This document shows, piece by piece, positions 36,852-46,460 of a stretch of 64,000 nt of DNA (position 1 is its first letter; every line of letters starts with the position of its first letter). The notes beneath the pieces are model-generated. The model saw only the letters and a program-made list of their open reading frames with translations. It was not told the origin of the DNA and did no database searches. Source of the stretch: an uncultured Candidatus Saccharibacteria bacterium (GTDB taxonomy: Bacteria > Patescibacteriota > Saccharimonadia > Saccharimonadales > Saccharimonadaceae); assembly GCA_946406315.1 (NCBI GenBank), contig CAMJKD010000002.1, positions 62,933 to 126,932 on the forward strand. The letters run 5' to 3'. Made by a program: the position numbers and the translations under genes.

Positions 36852-38342
36852 TTACGACTCTTTTAGGTATTCGGCAATCTTCTTTTGAGCGTCGCTAACC
36901 GTCTTCGCGTTTGGCTGCATAACATAGAGTGGCTGGGCGCCCATGGAATAAGTTGGGAGCATGGCGCCGGTGCCGTCAAGAGAGACGCTTTCGACTTGCC
37001 AGCTGCGAAGTTCGGAGAGCTGGTAGCGAGCGAAGGAGGTGATTTCGTCGAAAGTAAGTGATGTCTCAAAGGAATCCTGAGCGGTCTCGAGGATTTTTGG
37101 ATAGCGAACAAGATAATGAGGGTCGGAAACCTTATGAATGAGAGCGGTAAGAATTTGCTGTTGATTTTGACCGCGATGGCGATCGCCGGAACTATAAGTA
37201 TAGCGTTCGCGAGCGTAAGCGAGGGCGCATTCGGAGTTTAGGTGCTGCTTGCCTTCGATGAAGTTGCAATCGCCGCGTTTAAATGCGGTATCAGAATCAA
37301 TATCGACACCGTCGACTGCATCGACGACTTTCAGTAAAGTATTGAAGCCGACTTTAATTGTATAGTTAATCTTAATATCGAGGAGGTCTTGGATAGTATT
37401 CTTGCTCATGTCGATACCGTAGACGCCGGCATGGGTAAGCTTGTCCTTGGTGCCAGTAGTGCCGTGCAGTTGGACGTAGTAATCGCGCGGGATGGAGACG
37501 AGGAGAATCTTGAAGGTCTTAGGGTTGATGACGGCGAGAATATTGACGTCGCTACGGGCGGTTTCAGTAATATCGCCACGAGAATCGGAACCGGAAATAT
37601 AGAGAATAAATGGTTCAGTTGCGACGTCGACGGTCTGATGGTTGTCTGGGGCATCCATGCGAACTTCGAACTCGAAGATTTTTTCACTTTCCTCGACGAA
37701 TTTGTTGTCGGATTCTTCAAGGAAGTCGAGATAGCTTTGATTTAAGACGACGGCGGCAACATCAAAATCATAAATGGCAGCGATAAGGGAGCCGATTTCG
37801 GCGTAATTTTTATCTTTGTAATCGACGGTAGATTTAAGGGTATGCTTGGTGTTTTCGAGGTTTGGGTTAGTGCTCAAGAAGCCGACATGTTGACGAGCAA
37901 GTTGTTCAACTTCCTTGTAACTGCTGCTTTTAAGGACGCGGACTTGATAAATCTGAGTTTCGTAGCGGCTGCCAGTAACGTTTTCGACGAAGTCGATGGT
38001 TTGACGGGCATATTTATAGCCAAAAGCTCCGGCAATGGTGAAGAAAATGGCGCTAACGATGCAAATGATTTTCGAAGCGCGACTAGCGCGTTTACTAATG
38101 ATTAACTTATAGAGGTTAAGCAGAAAAATTCCGCCAAATAGCAGTACGACAAGTAAATATTGCCAAGTTTGAAGCAGATTTAATTTGGCGAGCGCGTTAA
38201 GAATTAGGAAGCTCGTAATAGCTTCGGCGGCTAGTATGATGCCGAATATAATCTTATACTTCTTAAAATCGTCAGCTGTATCGATTTTTTCTTTTGATTT
38301 GGTCATATTATATATTTTGACATATTTGCGAGATGGTGGCAA
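36852..38342 (-). CDS. LytR-CpsA-Psr (LCP) family phosphotransferase
   Basis: TM segments plus the LCP core (ILYISGSDSRGD, RSDVNILAVINP, LVSIPRDYYV, KLTHAGVYG). The start is either TTG 38342 or ATG 38306. Confidence 0.85.
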   Translation of the reverse strand: MPPSRKYVKIYNMTKSKEKIDTADDFKKYKIIFGIILAAEAITSFLILNALAKLNLLQTWQYLLVVLLFGGIFLLNLYKLIISKRASRASKIICIVSAIFFTIAGAFGYKYARQTIDFVENVTGSRYETQIYQVRVLKSSSYKEVEQLARQHVGFLSTNPNLENTKHTLKSTVDYKDKNYAEIGSLIAAIYDFDVAAVVLNQSYLDFLEESDNKFVEESEKIFEFEVRMDAPDNHQTVDVATEPFILYISGSDSRGDITETARSDVNILAVINPKTFKILLVSIPRDYYVQLHGTTGTKDKLTHAGVYGIDMSKNTIQDLLDIKINYTIKVGFNTLLKVVDAVDGVDIDSDTAFKRGDCNFIEGKQHLNSECALAYARERYTYSSGDRHRGQNQQQILTALIHKVSDPHYLVRYPKILETAQDSFETSLTFDEITSFARYQLSELRSWQVESVSLDGTGAMLPTYSMGAQPLYVMQPNAKTVSDAQKKIAEYLKES

Positions 38343-38359
38343 TCTTGAGCGGTAAGGGG

Positions 38360-39436
38360 TTACGCCGAATAGAACGTTAGGAAGTCTTGGAGATTATTGA
38401 TACCGTAATCGGCGAAGCTATATTCGTGTTTATTGTTAGTAACTTTGCGATACCAATCCATGGTTCCCTTCATGTTTGGAATATCGAGGCCGAGAAAATC
38501 GCCGATTTGTACAAGAATGCTTAAGCCATAAGGAAAGTCAGCAGTAAAGTAGCGGGATTCAAAATCTGGAACGAAGCCCTGAAGTGTTTTGCGAGTCGGC
38601 GAAGTGAGCCCTTTGAAACCTTCGATGCTGCGAATCTTGGCAGTGAGCGCTTCTGGCGTAGGGCTCTCATAATGCTCGCGAAGCGACTTGACGTAGCCGA
38701 GGTCGAAATCTTTTAGTGCGGCGCAGATGTTTTGTACTTCTTCGTCGCATTTGAATAGCAAACGTGAAGTTTTATTGTCCCATTCTTCATAGAAAAGTGG
38801 CACACGATTATAAAATATTCCTTCGTGGTAGCCATCAAAGAGAGTTTTGAGGCGGGTGGTATGAAGAATTGGGTTGGATGGTGTTAAGGTTAGATTGAGA
38901 TAGTTTGACATAGCCTTGCATGGAATGCTAATAAATTTAGCGACGGCGGTGGCGACCTCGGAGGCTTTAGATGATGGCAATGCGGCAACATAGAGCTGAT
39001 TACGATAGCCGACGGCGCGGACTTTTTTGCCCTTCTCTATTAAGCGCGCAACACTTGGGACACGCTGAAGTCCGAAGATGGTGGCGCCGTGTTTGAGATG
39101 GTCTTTGAAAGCGCATTCTCCCCCACCAGTGCCCGGCACGATACCGATGTGCATTTTAGGATTGGCATATGGCGATAACTCCTGCGCAATAGTGTCAAGC
39201 ATGAAGGCTGGATAAGTAATGAAAATATAGTCAGCGCTAGCAAAGGCGGTTTTAGCGTCTTTGGTAGCAATGATATTTTTGCCAGTAAGAGTGATTTCGT
39301 TGTTTTCGTTGACGATTTGGATATTTGGTACAAATACTTCAGGGGTAGATGTATAGATATAGGTTTCGTTTTCTTGCGAACAATGAACGGCGAGTTGAGT
39401 GCCAATGTTGCCGCCGCCAATGATAGTAACTTTCAT
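38360..39436 (-). CDS. NAD(P)-dependent opine-dehydrogenase-family oxidoreductase
   Basis: N-terminal Rossmann motif MKVTIIGGGNIGT, with a size and C-terminal helical domain typical of the octopine/nopaline dehydrogenase family. Confidence 0.55.
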   Translation of the reverse strand: MKVTIIGGGNIGTQLAVHCSQENETYIYTSTPEVFVPNIQIVNENNEITLTGKNIIATKDAKTAFASADYIFITYPAFMLDTIAQELSPYANPKMHIGIVPGTGGGECAFKDHLKHGATIFGLQRVPSVARLIEKGKKVRAVGYRNQLYVAALPSSKASEVATAVAKFISIPCKAMSNYLNLTLTPSNPILHTTRLKTLFDGYHEGIFYNRVPLFYEEWDNKTSRLLFKCDEEVQNICAALKDFDLGYVKSLREHYESPTPEALTAKIRSIEGFKGLTSPTRKTLQGFVPDFESRYFTADFPYGLSILVQIGDFLGLDIPNMKGTMDWYRKVTNNKHEYSFADYGINNLQDFLTFYSA

Positions 39437-41242
39437 CTAGAGAGTCCCCTTTAACGCTTCAATTAGTTTGTCGTTATCTTCTTGATTGCGAATGGCGATG
39501 CGGATATAATTTTTGCCATTTGTTTTCTTTGTAAGGTCTTTAATGAGGATGCCGTAGTTATTGAGTAGTTTATCGACAATTTCGGCGGCAGTATAGCCGT
39601 TGGTGATTTCGATCATAAAGAAATTAGCTTGAGATGGGATAGTGCGTAGTCCTTTAATTTTGTTGAGTTTTTTGCCAAAACGGGTACGTTCTTTGCGAAA
39701 TTTAGCTAGAGCAGCAGCATAATCGTCATTGTATTTTTCGGCAATTTGAAGATAGAACTCGGCGAATGAGTTGATATTCCAAATGGAAACGTCTTTCTTG
39801 ATTTTTTCAATTAACTTGGTGTCGCCAGAAGCGAGAATGCCAAGGCGAAGACCAGGCACGCCGTAAGATTTGGAAATACTCTTGATAACATATAGGTGCT
39901 TGTTTGCATCGAGGATATCTTGAGTGATAATGGAGGCGTCTTCTTCGTCGGCAAAATCGACAAAGGATTCATCGATTATTAGGTTAATATGCTTTTGATT
40001 AGACCATTTAATTATCTTTTTGATGCCAGATTTTTTAATATAGTTGCCGGATGGATTATCTGGATTGACTATGACTAAATTATCAACGTGTTTAGTGTCG
40101 AAGAATTCGATAATATCTTCTGCCTTGTACGAGTAGTTTTTATTATTAATATCAAGATAGACGGAACTTTTGGCTGGGTAACGATTTGGATATTCTTCAA
40201 AGGTTGGGCGGATATAGCCGGTTTTACCAGTTAGGTGATTAGAAAGCGATTTGATTAATTCGGCGGCGCCGTTACCGACTACGATATTTGCCTTCTCGAT
40301 ACCAAAGTTTTTCGCAGCGAGAAGTGAATTAACATCCATGCCGGAAGGATATTGCGTTAGGAGTCTTTCGGAGCTGGCTTTGATTTCGTCGATAAGTTTC
40401 TGTGGGGGAAAATATGGATTGATGAGATAGCAGGCATCTATGAGTTTTGGATAACGCCAGTAGCCGCCGTAGCGGGTTTGGAGCATTTTTACACGTGCGT
40501 GATTGTTCGGGGCGAAGATAGATTCAGCAATATCGAGATCCTGGATGTCATCTATCTCGTACCAGGTCTGACCAGAAAGTTTTTTGACTTTAATTTCGGC
40601 ATGATCGAGCATGGCAATAACCCTTAGAACTTGTTCGTAGTATTCGTTCTCGCCAAGAGCTTTAACATAAGCGTCTAGGAATGGTACATATTTGTTTTTG
40701 GAGAAATTTTTGCTGAATTTATAGATATTTACAGTTTTGTAGTAGTTGTTAATATCTTCGTATTTGAAATGGTTACCTGGAATAAAAGCTTTAATAGTGT
40801 TATCGTCGCGGATTTTGACACAAGTGCCATCCATCCAGCTTTGGTATTTGTCTACGAGGGCGAGAGTTTCGCGTGGGTCGTTGAGTAATTCGTCGATAAT
40901 ACTATCCTCGAAAATGAGATCCGATTCAAATAATAACGTGTCGTCTTCGTAAAGTTCTCTTTTGGCAAGTGAGAGCGAGTAAATATTGTTGGTTTTATAA
41001 TAAATTGGGTTTTCGATATATTTGATTGGTGTTTTAATGTTGAGTGTGTCAATATAATCAATAAGTTCTTGACCTTTGTAACCTACGACGATAATAATTC
41101 TTTTGAGCTTTTTGGCATCAATTTGGTGTAGCATACGGTCGATTAGTGAGATGCCGTTAACCTTAATCATGCATTTGGTATTGTTTTTAGTCAGAGCTTT
41201 GAGACGTTTACCCATACCGGCGGCTAGGATGATTGCTTGCAT
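39437..41242 (-). CDS. bifunctional LicC-like nucleotidyl(cytidylyl)transferase / class I-II PLP-dependent aminotransferase-fold enzyme
   Basis: N-terminal ILAAGMGKRL...WYEIDDIQDLDIAE (NTP_transf_3/LicC type). C-terminal NPDNPSGN, IIDESF and SISKSYGVPGLRLG (PLP lysine; HisC/CobD-like). Confidence 0.75.
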   Translation of the reverse strand: MQAIILAAGMGKRLKALTKNNTKCMIKVNGISLIDRMLHQIDAKKLKRIIIVVGYKGQELIDYIDTLNIKTPIKYIENPIYYKTNNIYSLSLAKRELYEDDTLLFESDLIFEDSIIDELLNDPRETLALVDKYQSWMDGTCVKIRDDNTIKAFIPGNHFKYEDINNYYKTVNIYKFSKNFSKNKYVPFLDAYVKALGENEYYEQVLRVIAMLDHAEIKVKKLSGQTWYEIDDIQDLDIAESIFAPNNHARVKMLQTRYGGYWRYPKLIDACYLINPYFPPQKLIDEIKASSERLLTQYPSGMDVNSLLAAKNFGIEKANIVVGNGAAELIKSLSNHLTGKTGYIRPTFEEYPNRYPAKSSVYLDINNKNYSYKAEDIIEFFDTKHVDNLVIVNPDNPSGNYIKKSGIKKIIKWSNQKHINLIIDESFVDFADEEDASIITQDILDANKHLYVIKSISKSYGVPGLRLGILASGDTKLIEKIKKDVSIWNINSFAEFYLQIAEKYNDDYAAALAKFRKERTRFGKKLNKIKGLRTIPSQANFFMIEITNGYTAAEIVDKLLNNYGILIKDLTKKTNGKNYIRIAIRNQEDNDKLIEALKGTL

Positions 41243-41322
41243 ATAAAGTTATAACTCCTTTTGCTCATTATATCATTGTCGTTTTTTTGATGGGGCTGGA
41301 TATTTTGTGATAGAAATAGTGA

Positions 41323-41344
41323 AGCCCCACCGATTGGTGGGGCT
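41323..41344 (-). terminator. possible terminator hairpin
   Basis: AGCCCCACC-GATT-GGTGGGGCT. The downstream T tract is weak. Confidence 0.35.
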
Positions 41345-41348
41345 GTTG

Positions 41349-41993
41349 TCAGAAGTATTTTATGATTGATAGATATTCATCTTTCCAGTACGGACTTTTA
41401 TGTAATGCCACTTTGCACTCGCGGCAATAAGCGTCGGCATCGAATTGTTGTTCATAAGAAGCTAATCTTTGAATATCGCGGTATTCTTCCATTGGTGTCA
41501 TAATGCAGTCTCTGCGTGAGCAATGACGATAAATATTTTGCTGCATGAAGAAGTGTCTCATAATATGCTCTAAAAGTATGGCGGATATATTGCGAATATC
41601 GCTGCCAGTTTCGCAATTCTTGAGCGTAATTATGGCGGCGCGCGAAGTGTGATGCTTGTAGTTATCCTGAGGTTTGTGGCAGATGATGTTTTGGCGCGTA
41701 AGTAGGATGATATAATCTGTATTGGCGTCTTGATGATTTAGAATTTCGTCAAGTTTTTTGGTGGCTTTGTGTGGGTCGATAATCAAGCCGACGTGGCATG
41801 ACATTTCGGCGCAGTTTTTGAGGATATCATCGGCCGTATAGTGGCTGTTGGCAACGTTGTTGGTGCCGTGAATACGATAATGGCAAGCCGGCAAGGCTAT
41901 GGCGCAATCGTCGATGGCGCGTCTTAAGTGGCCTTCGTAATGAGCCAAATCCGATGTCCAGCCAATAGAGATTGTAATAAAATCTGAATCCAT
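41349..41993 (-). CDS. archaemetzincin-like (M54-type) Zn-ribbon protein with a non-canonical HIxxH site
   Basis: LEHIMRH...RHCSRRDCIM...CRECK resembles the archaemetzincin signature HExxHxxGx3Cx4CxM...CxxC, but the catalytic Glu position is Ile. Confidence 0.4.
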   Translation of the reverse strand: MDSDFITISIGWTSDLAHYEGHLRRAIDDCAIALPACHYRIHGTNNVANSHYTADDILKNCAEMSCHVGLIIDPHKATKKLDEILNHQDANTDYIILLTRQNIICHKPQDNYKHHTSRAAIITLKNCETGSDIRNISAILLEHIMRHFFMQQNIYRHCSRRDCIMTPMEEYRDIQRLASYEQQFDADAYCRECKVALHKSPYWKDEYLSIIKYF

Positions 41994-42104
41994 AGTGACC
42001 CCCCTCCTTTCGTACTGTGGTAGATTTGGTGATATACTAAACTTCCAAAATGAAAATGAGCAAGCTTTCTAGTGCTTACCTATTATTATGCACTATTGTT
42101 ATTA

Positions 42105-42632
42105 TTATGTCAATTTTTCTTGGGTTTTGATAAAATCGTAAAATTCATCGCAGCTGAGGTGATATTTGGGCTGGCGGTATTTGTAGATGAAGGTATCGTA
42201 GTTTGCGTTGGGATCGATTTCGTCTTCTCTGCTTTGAAGGAATTTTGCTTTAACATCAGTTAAGAGTGCTTCTATACTATCGTAGGCGTGAATTCCTTTC
42301 ATGTCGTACCAGGAGTGTTCGAACCAATAGAATTTACCGTCTAATTGAAATGTAAGAAAAGTATGCGATGGTAGATTGGCGTGGTCATCGATGTAGATAA
42401 AATAGGTGTCGCAATCGATATGTGAATCGTTAAAGAGTTTTCGTTCAAGTTCGACTTGATCCCAGCAAACTCCGCATTTAGTTTCTAATAATTCTGCAGG
42501 ACTTAATAAATAATAGAAATTAGAAAAATCATTTTCCCAGTGTTTCCCGCACATTAAGTTGTTGCCGTTTTCGTCTTTGAAACCGTATTCGATGTCGTCG
42601 AGTTGGTCCATGATTTTTTGGATTTTATCCAT
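42105..42632 (-). CDS. hypothetical protein (possible papain/transglutaminase-like fold)
   Basis: 175 aa with a Cys (KCGVCWDQ) and downstream His residues (SHTFL, FEHSW). The fold call is weak. Confidence 0.35.
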   Translation of the reverse strand: MDKIQKIMDQLDDIEYGFKDENGNNLMCGKHWENDFSNFYYLLSPAELLETKCGVCWDQVELERKLFNDSHIDCDTYFIYIDDHANLPSHTFLTFQLDGKFYWFEHSWYDMKGIHAYDSIEALLTDVKAKFLQSREDEIDPNANYDTFIYKYRQPKYHLSCDEFYDFIKTQEKLT

Positions 42633-42637
42633 GGTAA

Positions 42638-43639
42638 TTATTTCCTTAGATTAAGAAATTTTAACGTGTCACGAATCGCGTCCTCGATAGTGAGTTTGGC
42701 TTTCCAGCCGAGTTCAGTATTGGCGCGGGATGGATTGGCCCAGACGGCGGCAAGGTCGCCAGGGCGGCGATTGGTGATAGTGTATGGGATTTCGTGGCCG
42801 GAAATTTTACCGAAGGCATTGACTAGTTCGAGGACAGAGTTTGGTCTACCAGTGCCGAGGTTGTAGATCTGAATGCCAGGATGAATGTGATTGATAGCGC
42901 AGGTATGCCCGCGCGCCAAATCTTCCACATGTATGAAATCACGTTGGCAGGTGCCGTCGGGTGTGTCGTAATCGTTACCGAAGATTTGTAGTTCTGATAG
43001 CTTGCCAGTAGCAACACGGGTAATAACTGGCATGATATTATTCGGAATGCCATTTGGGTCTTCGCCGATGAGGCCGGATGGATGGTTGCCAATTGGGTTG
43101 AAGTAGCGCAAAAGTGTGACGGAAAAATCTGGATGCGCGATGCAAACGTCTTTGAGGATTTCTTCAATCATATATTTAGTACGGCCGTAAGGATTAGTAA
43201 TGCCAGAGCCGGTTTGCATATTTTCGAAACATTCAGGAGAATCTTGCTCGCCGTAGACGGTAGCGGAACTACTGAAGATGATTTTATTTACGTTATGTGC
43301 CAACATGGACTCGACTAGGTTGATAGTGGTACCGAGATTGGCGTGGTAATATAGCAAAGGATTTTCGACTGATTCGGCAACGGCTTTGAGGCCGGCGAAA
43401 TGTAGGACGGTGTCGTATTGGTTGTTTTCAAAGATTTCGTTGAGTTTTTCTCTTTCGAGCAGGTCGAGTTTGTAGAGGGTTGGCTTTTTGCTAGTAATTT
43501 TTTCAATTTGATCAATGACGGCGGCTTTGCTGTTGCAGAGATTGTCGATAATATCTACGTCGTAGCCAGCATTAAGGAGCTCAACGACAGTATGTGAGCC
43601 AATAAAACCAGTACCGCCTGTAACTAAAATTTTGTGCAT
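42638..43639 (-). CDS. galE: UDP-glucose 4-epimerase
   Basis: [17 protein letters not shown] Rossmann motif, SSSATVYG, YGRTKYMIE (YxxxK), and a length of 333 aa. Confidence 0.92.
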   Translation of the reverse strand: MHKILVTGGTGFIGSHTVVELLNAGYDVDIIDNLCNSKAAVIDQIEKITSKKPTLYKLDLLEREKLNEIFENNQYDTVLHFAGLKAVAESVENPLLYYHANLGTTINLVESMLAHNVNKIIFSSSATVYGEQDSPECFENMQTGSGITNPYGRTKYMIEEILKDVCIAHPDFSVTLLRYFNPIGNHPSGLIGEDPNGIPNNIMPVITRVATGKLSELQIFGNDYDTPDGTCQRDFIHVEDLARGHTCAINHIHPGIQIYNLGTGRPNSVLELVNAFGKISGHEIPYTITNRRPGDLAAVWANPSRANTELGWKAKLTIEDAIRDTLKFLNLRK

Positions 43640-43710
43640 GATTGGGTATATTTTAACATTTGTTAGAGTAAAATCGGCTAATTAGTATTTCTTGAGTGAA
43701 GTATTCGTGT

Positions 43711-43739
43711 AAAAACCCGGGCATTTATTGTGTCCGGGT
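43711..43739 (-). terminator. intrinsic terminator
   Basis: On the minus strand: ACCCGGACA...GCCCGGGT followed by TTTTT. Confidence 0.5.
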
Positions 43740-43757
43740 TTGGTAGTTTTTGTGCCG

Positions 43758-44369
43758 TCATCTTCTTATGCACTCGACCAGCGGAAGACCGTCAAACGTT
43801 CCCCAGTGGGTGACTTCCAGATTTTCATTGGATATGTCGGAAAGTGCGTTGTTGATGGATTTTCTTAATGTTAGGAGTACATCTTCCGCGCGATCGCTGA
43901 ACTCTACTTCGTCGATGTCTCCATTGTCATAATCTATGACGCAGAGAATCGTGAAGTAGGTGAGATATTTATCGGAGATATCAAATATGACGCCTGGTGC
44001 GTATTTTTCGTCTCTTCCTATTTCGTACTGTTTTAGCAGATAGCCCATCTCTAATGTTAGGTGGAGTTTTGAATCGTCGTCTAATTCAGCCCCATGCTCA
44101 CTGCGGAAATAATATACCGGCTTGGTGTACTTGTCGTCTGGGTCAATGATTGATAGGACGTCTGGTGCTGAAATTATCGCCATCGCCATCGAAATAGCGG
44201 CATCATCGTTGCCAGCTGCATGGATAGTGGCATCCATAATCTTCTCTTGCACATTGTCTTCAATAGACTTCGCTATTGCTTTGATTGTTGCTCGGATTTG
44301 GTCGTAGTCAATCGTCATTCTCTTGTATGCGGCTATGTCTTCGTAGAGTGATGTATCCATCGCAAACAC
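43758..44369 (-). CDS. hypothetical protein
   Basis: 203-aa acidic protein preceded by a GGAGGAGG RBS. No motif recognised. Confidence 0.45.
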   Translation of the reverse strand: MFAMDTSLYEDIAAYKRMTIDYDQIRATIKAIAKSIEDNVQEKIMDATIHAAGNDDAAISMAMAIISAPDVLSIIDPDDKYTKPVYYFRSEHGAELDDDSKLHLTLEMGYLLKQYEIGRDEKYAPGVIFDISDKYLTYFTILCVIDYDNGDIDEVEFSDRAEDVLLTLRKSINNALSDISNENLEVTHWGTFDGLPLVECIRR

Positions 44370-44605
44370 CTCCTCCTTTTGCGAAAAATATGATTATTAT
44401 GTACAAAAAGCTAAAATGCTTCTCAGTCTCGTCAGTATAGCATGAAATGCCTAAGGGTGTAAATAAGCCTATTTAGGTTGGATTTTTCTAGTCTATTAAT
44501 TAAACTTACGTTTTTGTTGCCACCCGTTGCACGGTTAATATAGGCTATATGAATAAATAGTATAGAATAGTATGCTCAAGTAAGAGACTTATTCATGATC
44601 ATGAG

Positions 44606-44923
44606 ATGATGGCGGCAATAGCTCTAATCACTAAAGGCGATGTACGATTTCTTGAAGAGGCGAGTTATAGAACTCCTGATATTTATTATCTAGGTGAGAA
44701 ATGGGAAATTAAATCACCGACTGGCAATAGTAGCCGTACGGTAGAAAATAACATTAGAAATGCCTTGCGTCAGTCGGATAATATAATAATCGATTTAAGA
44801 TGTATACATGTTAATGAGAGTAAATGTCTAAAAGAAGTTGAGAGACAGGTTAATTTATTCGGAAAGAGGGTGCGAAAAATGCTTGTTATAGTTAATGGCG
44901 ACAAGATAAAAGAAATAAAGTAA
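44606..44923 (+). CDS. small PD-(D/E)xK nuclease-like protein (orphan toxin-module-like)
   Basis: TPDIYYLGEKWEIKSP gives a PD...ExK arrangement in a 105-aa protein. It resembles the restriction-fold C-terminal toxin domains of polymorphic toxins. Confidence 0.35.
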   Translation: MMAAIALITKGDVRFLEEASYRTPDIYYLGEKWEIKSPTGNSSRTVENNIRNALRQSDNIIIDLRCIHVNESKCLKEVERQVNLFGKRVRKMLVIVNGDKIKEIK

Positions 44924-45024
44924 ATTGACTATAGTATTGCATTGATATATCATAGTTTTATGAGGTACATCACTGCTGGATAGCGGAGCCGAGGCCTCAT
45001 TTTTTGATTATTTATGTAGTGTTT

Positions 45025-45168
45025 GTAGGTGCCGTCATATGTGTCGTAGTCGTTATCGAAGATTTGTAGCTCGGACAGCTTGCTGGCAGCGATGCGGGTA
45101 ATAATCGGTATGATATTATTTGGAATACCATTTAGATTTTCGCCCATGAGGCTGGATGGATGGTTGGT
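45025..45168 (-). pseudogene. galE: internal fragment of a second galE copy
   Basis: Nucleotide and protein similarity to galE at about 42930-43085: GENLNGIPNNIIPIITRIAASKLSELQIFDNDYDTYDGT versus GEDPNGIPNNIMPVITRVATGKLSELQIFGNDYDTPDGT. Flanking galE sequence is missing. Confidence 0.75.
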
Positions 45169-45184
45169 TGGCGAGTGCGGGTTG

Positions 45185-45736
45185 TTAGTTAATATACTTT
45201 GAGAATGTTCTTTTTAGTATTTGTTCCAGTTGTACGGTGAAGATAGCATGAGTACGTATGCTATCTTGGTGGGAGAAAGCGATATATGAAGTTCTTTTAA
45301 ATAATGAACTTGGGAAATCTCTGTAATTTTCGGTTAGTATGCCGACGTTATTATTTCTATACTGATATGCAGTAACTGCTAATTCGGTATCTGTAAAGCT
45401 TGCCCTTTTAGCTTCTTGACAATAAGCGATTCTGAATAGGGCATTTTCTTTGGAAGTAAATAGTACTTCGGTATTTTTTAAGACTTCTATACCTAGCTCA
45501 TCGAACATTTTAATGAAATCGTTATTTTGAACTAGATTTTTTGCACCTCTAATAAATTCATGATGCACAGACGGTGTTGTTATGAGGTCGCAATTCAAAT
45601 TGCTTAAGATATCAAGGAATTGAAGCATAGGATTATTGTGTTCTCGAGAAGATTCGATAAGCGCCGTATTATCTACGAGTATATAACCGCCAGAGAAATG
45701 AGAGATACTTTCTTTATCGTAAATCAGATTCTTCAT
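45185..45736 (-). CDS. PIN-domain ribonuclease (toxin-like)
   Basis: Four acidic PIN positions lie in canonical contexts: YILVDNTALI, TTPSVHHEF, FTDTELAV and ILTENYRDF. Confidence 0.7.
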   Translation of the reverse strand: MKNLIYDKESISHFSGGYILVDNTALIESSREHNNPMLQFLDILSNLNCDLITTPSVHHEFIRGAKNLVQNNDFIKMFDELGIEVLKNTEVLFTSKENALFRIAYCQEAKRASFTDTELAVTAYQYRNNNVGILTENYRDFPSSLFKRTSYIAFSHQDSIRTHAIFTVQLEQILKRTFSKYIN

Positions 45737-45881
45737 GGTCGCTATCTGGAACTGAATCTTTTATTTTATCAATTAAAACATTGACGGCATCAATATTGAT
45801 GCTTTTCTTGATCTTTTTCTTATTGCCAATTGTGGTATATGTGGGTTCAAGTATAGCCGTTTCGCTCATGTCTGTCTCCAT
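45714..45881 (-). CDS. putative cognate antitoxin (55 aa; absent from the ORF track)
   Basis: My own translation gives METDMSETAILEPTYTTIGNKKKIKKSINIDAVNVLIDKIKDSVPDSDHEESDLR. Its 3' end overlaps the PIN start by 23 nt. Confidence 0.35.
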   Translation of the reverse strand: METDMSETAILEPTYTTIGNKKKIKKSINIDAVNVLIDKIKDSVPDSDHEESDLR

Positions 45882-46004
45882 ATTTATATTATATACTAGT
45901 TAAGTTTAAAATATGGCTGCTTAAGAATTAAAACACGAGTTCAATAATAATGTTATTGATTATGGCTTTAACTACGTCGTTAGTAATTCATCAATGTTTT
46001 TTAG

Positions 46005-46460
46005 CTACATGAGTGAGGATTCTATCTTTAAGATTTGTTCTGGAGACCAACGTAACTTCAATTTTTCTAGTACATATTCTTTGGTTTTCGTATACTTTGG
46101 CGTATCGAGACGTAATCCTTGCGCCTTAGTACGATTAGAAGCCTTCTTATTAGCATCTTTAGCAACATATCTAGGCTTATTAAATTCTTTTAGTCTTTTA
46201 TGGTAATTATCCTTCTTCAGACGAATCGTATCTACATAGCTTTTGCCTCTATAGTGTCTACTATCTAAATTGAGTTCTTTAGGCTTATTTACTCTAGTTC
46301 TCTTTACCTTTATGCCGTTCCTTATTAATTCTCGAGAAAGCGATGAGACTGTACGATCTAAACATCTAGCAATTCTTCTTAAACTTTCTCCAGATTTTAA
46401 TCTATTCTCAATTACTACTCGCTCTTCAAACGAAATATGTGTATACTTACCTTGAGACAT
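46005..46460 (-). mobile_element. truncated IS30-family transposase (N-terminal HTH part only)
   Basis: MSQGKYTHISFEERVVIENRLKSGESLRRIARCLDRTVSSLSRELIRN and ...LRWSPEQI match the IS30 N-terminal region. The DDE catalytic domain is absent. Confidence 0.65.
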
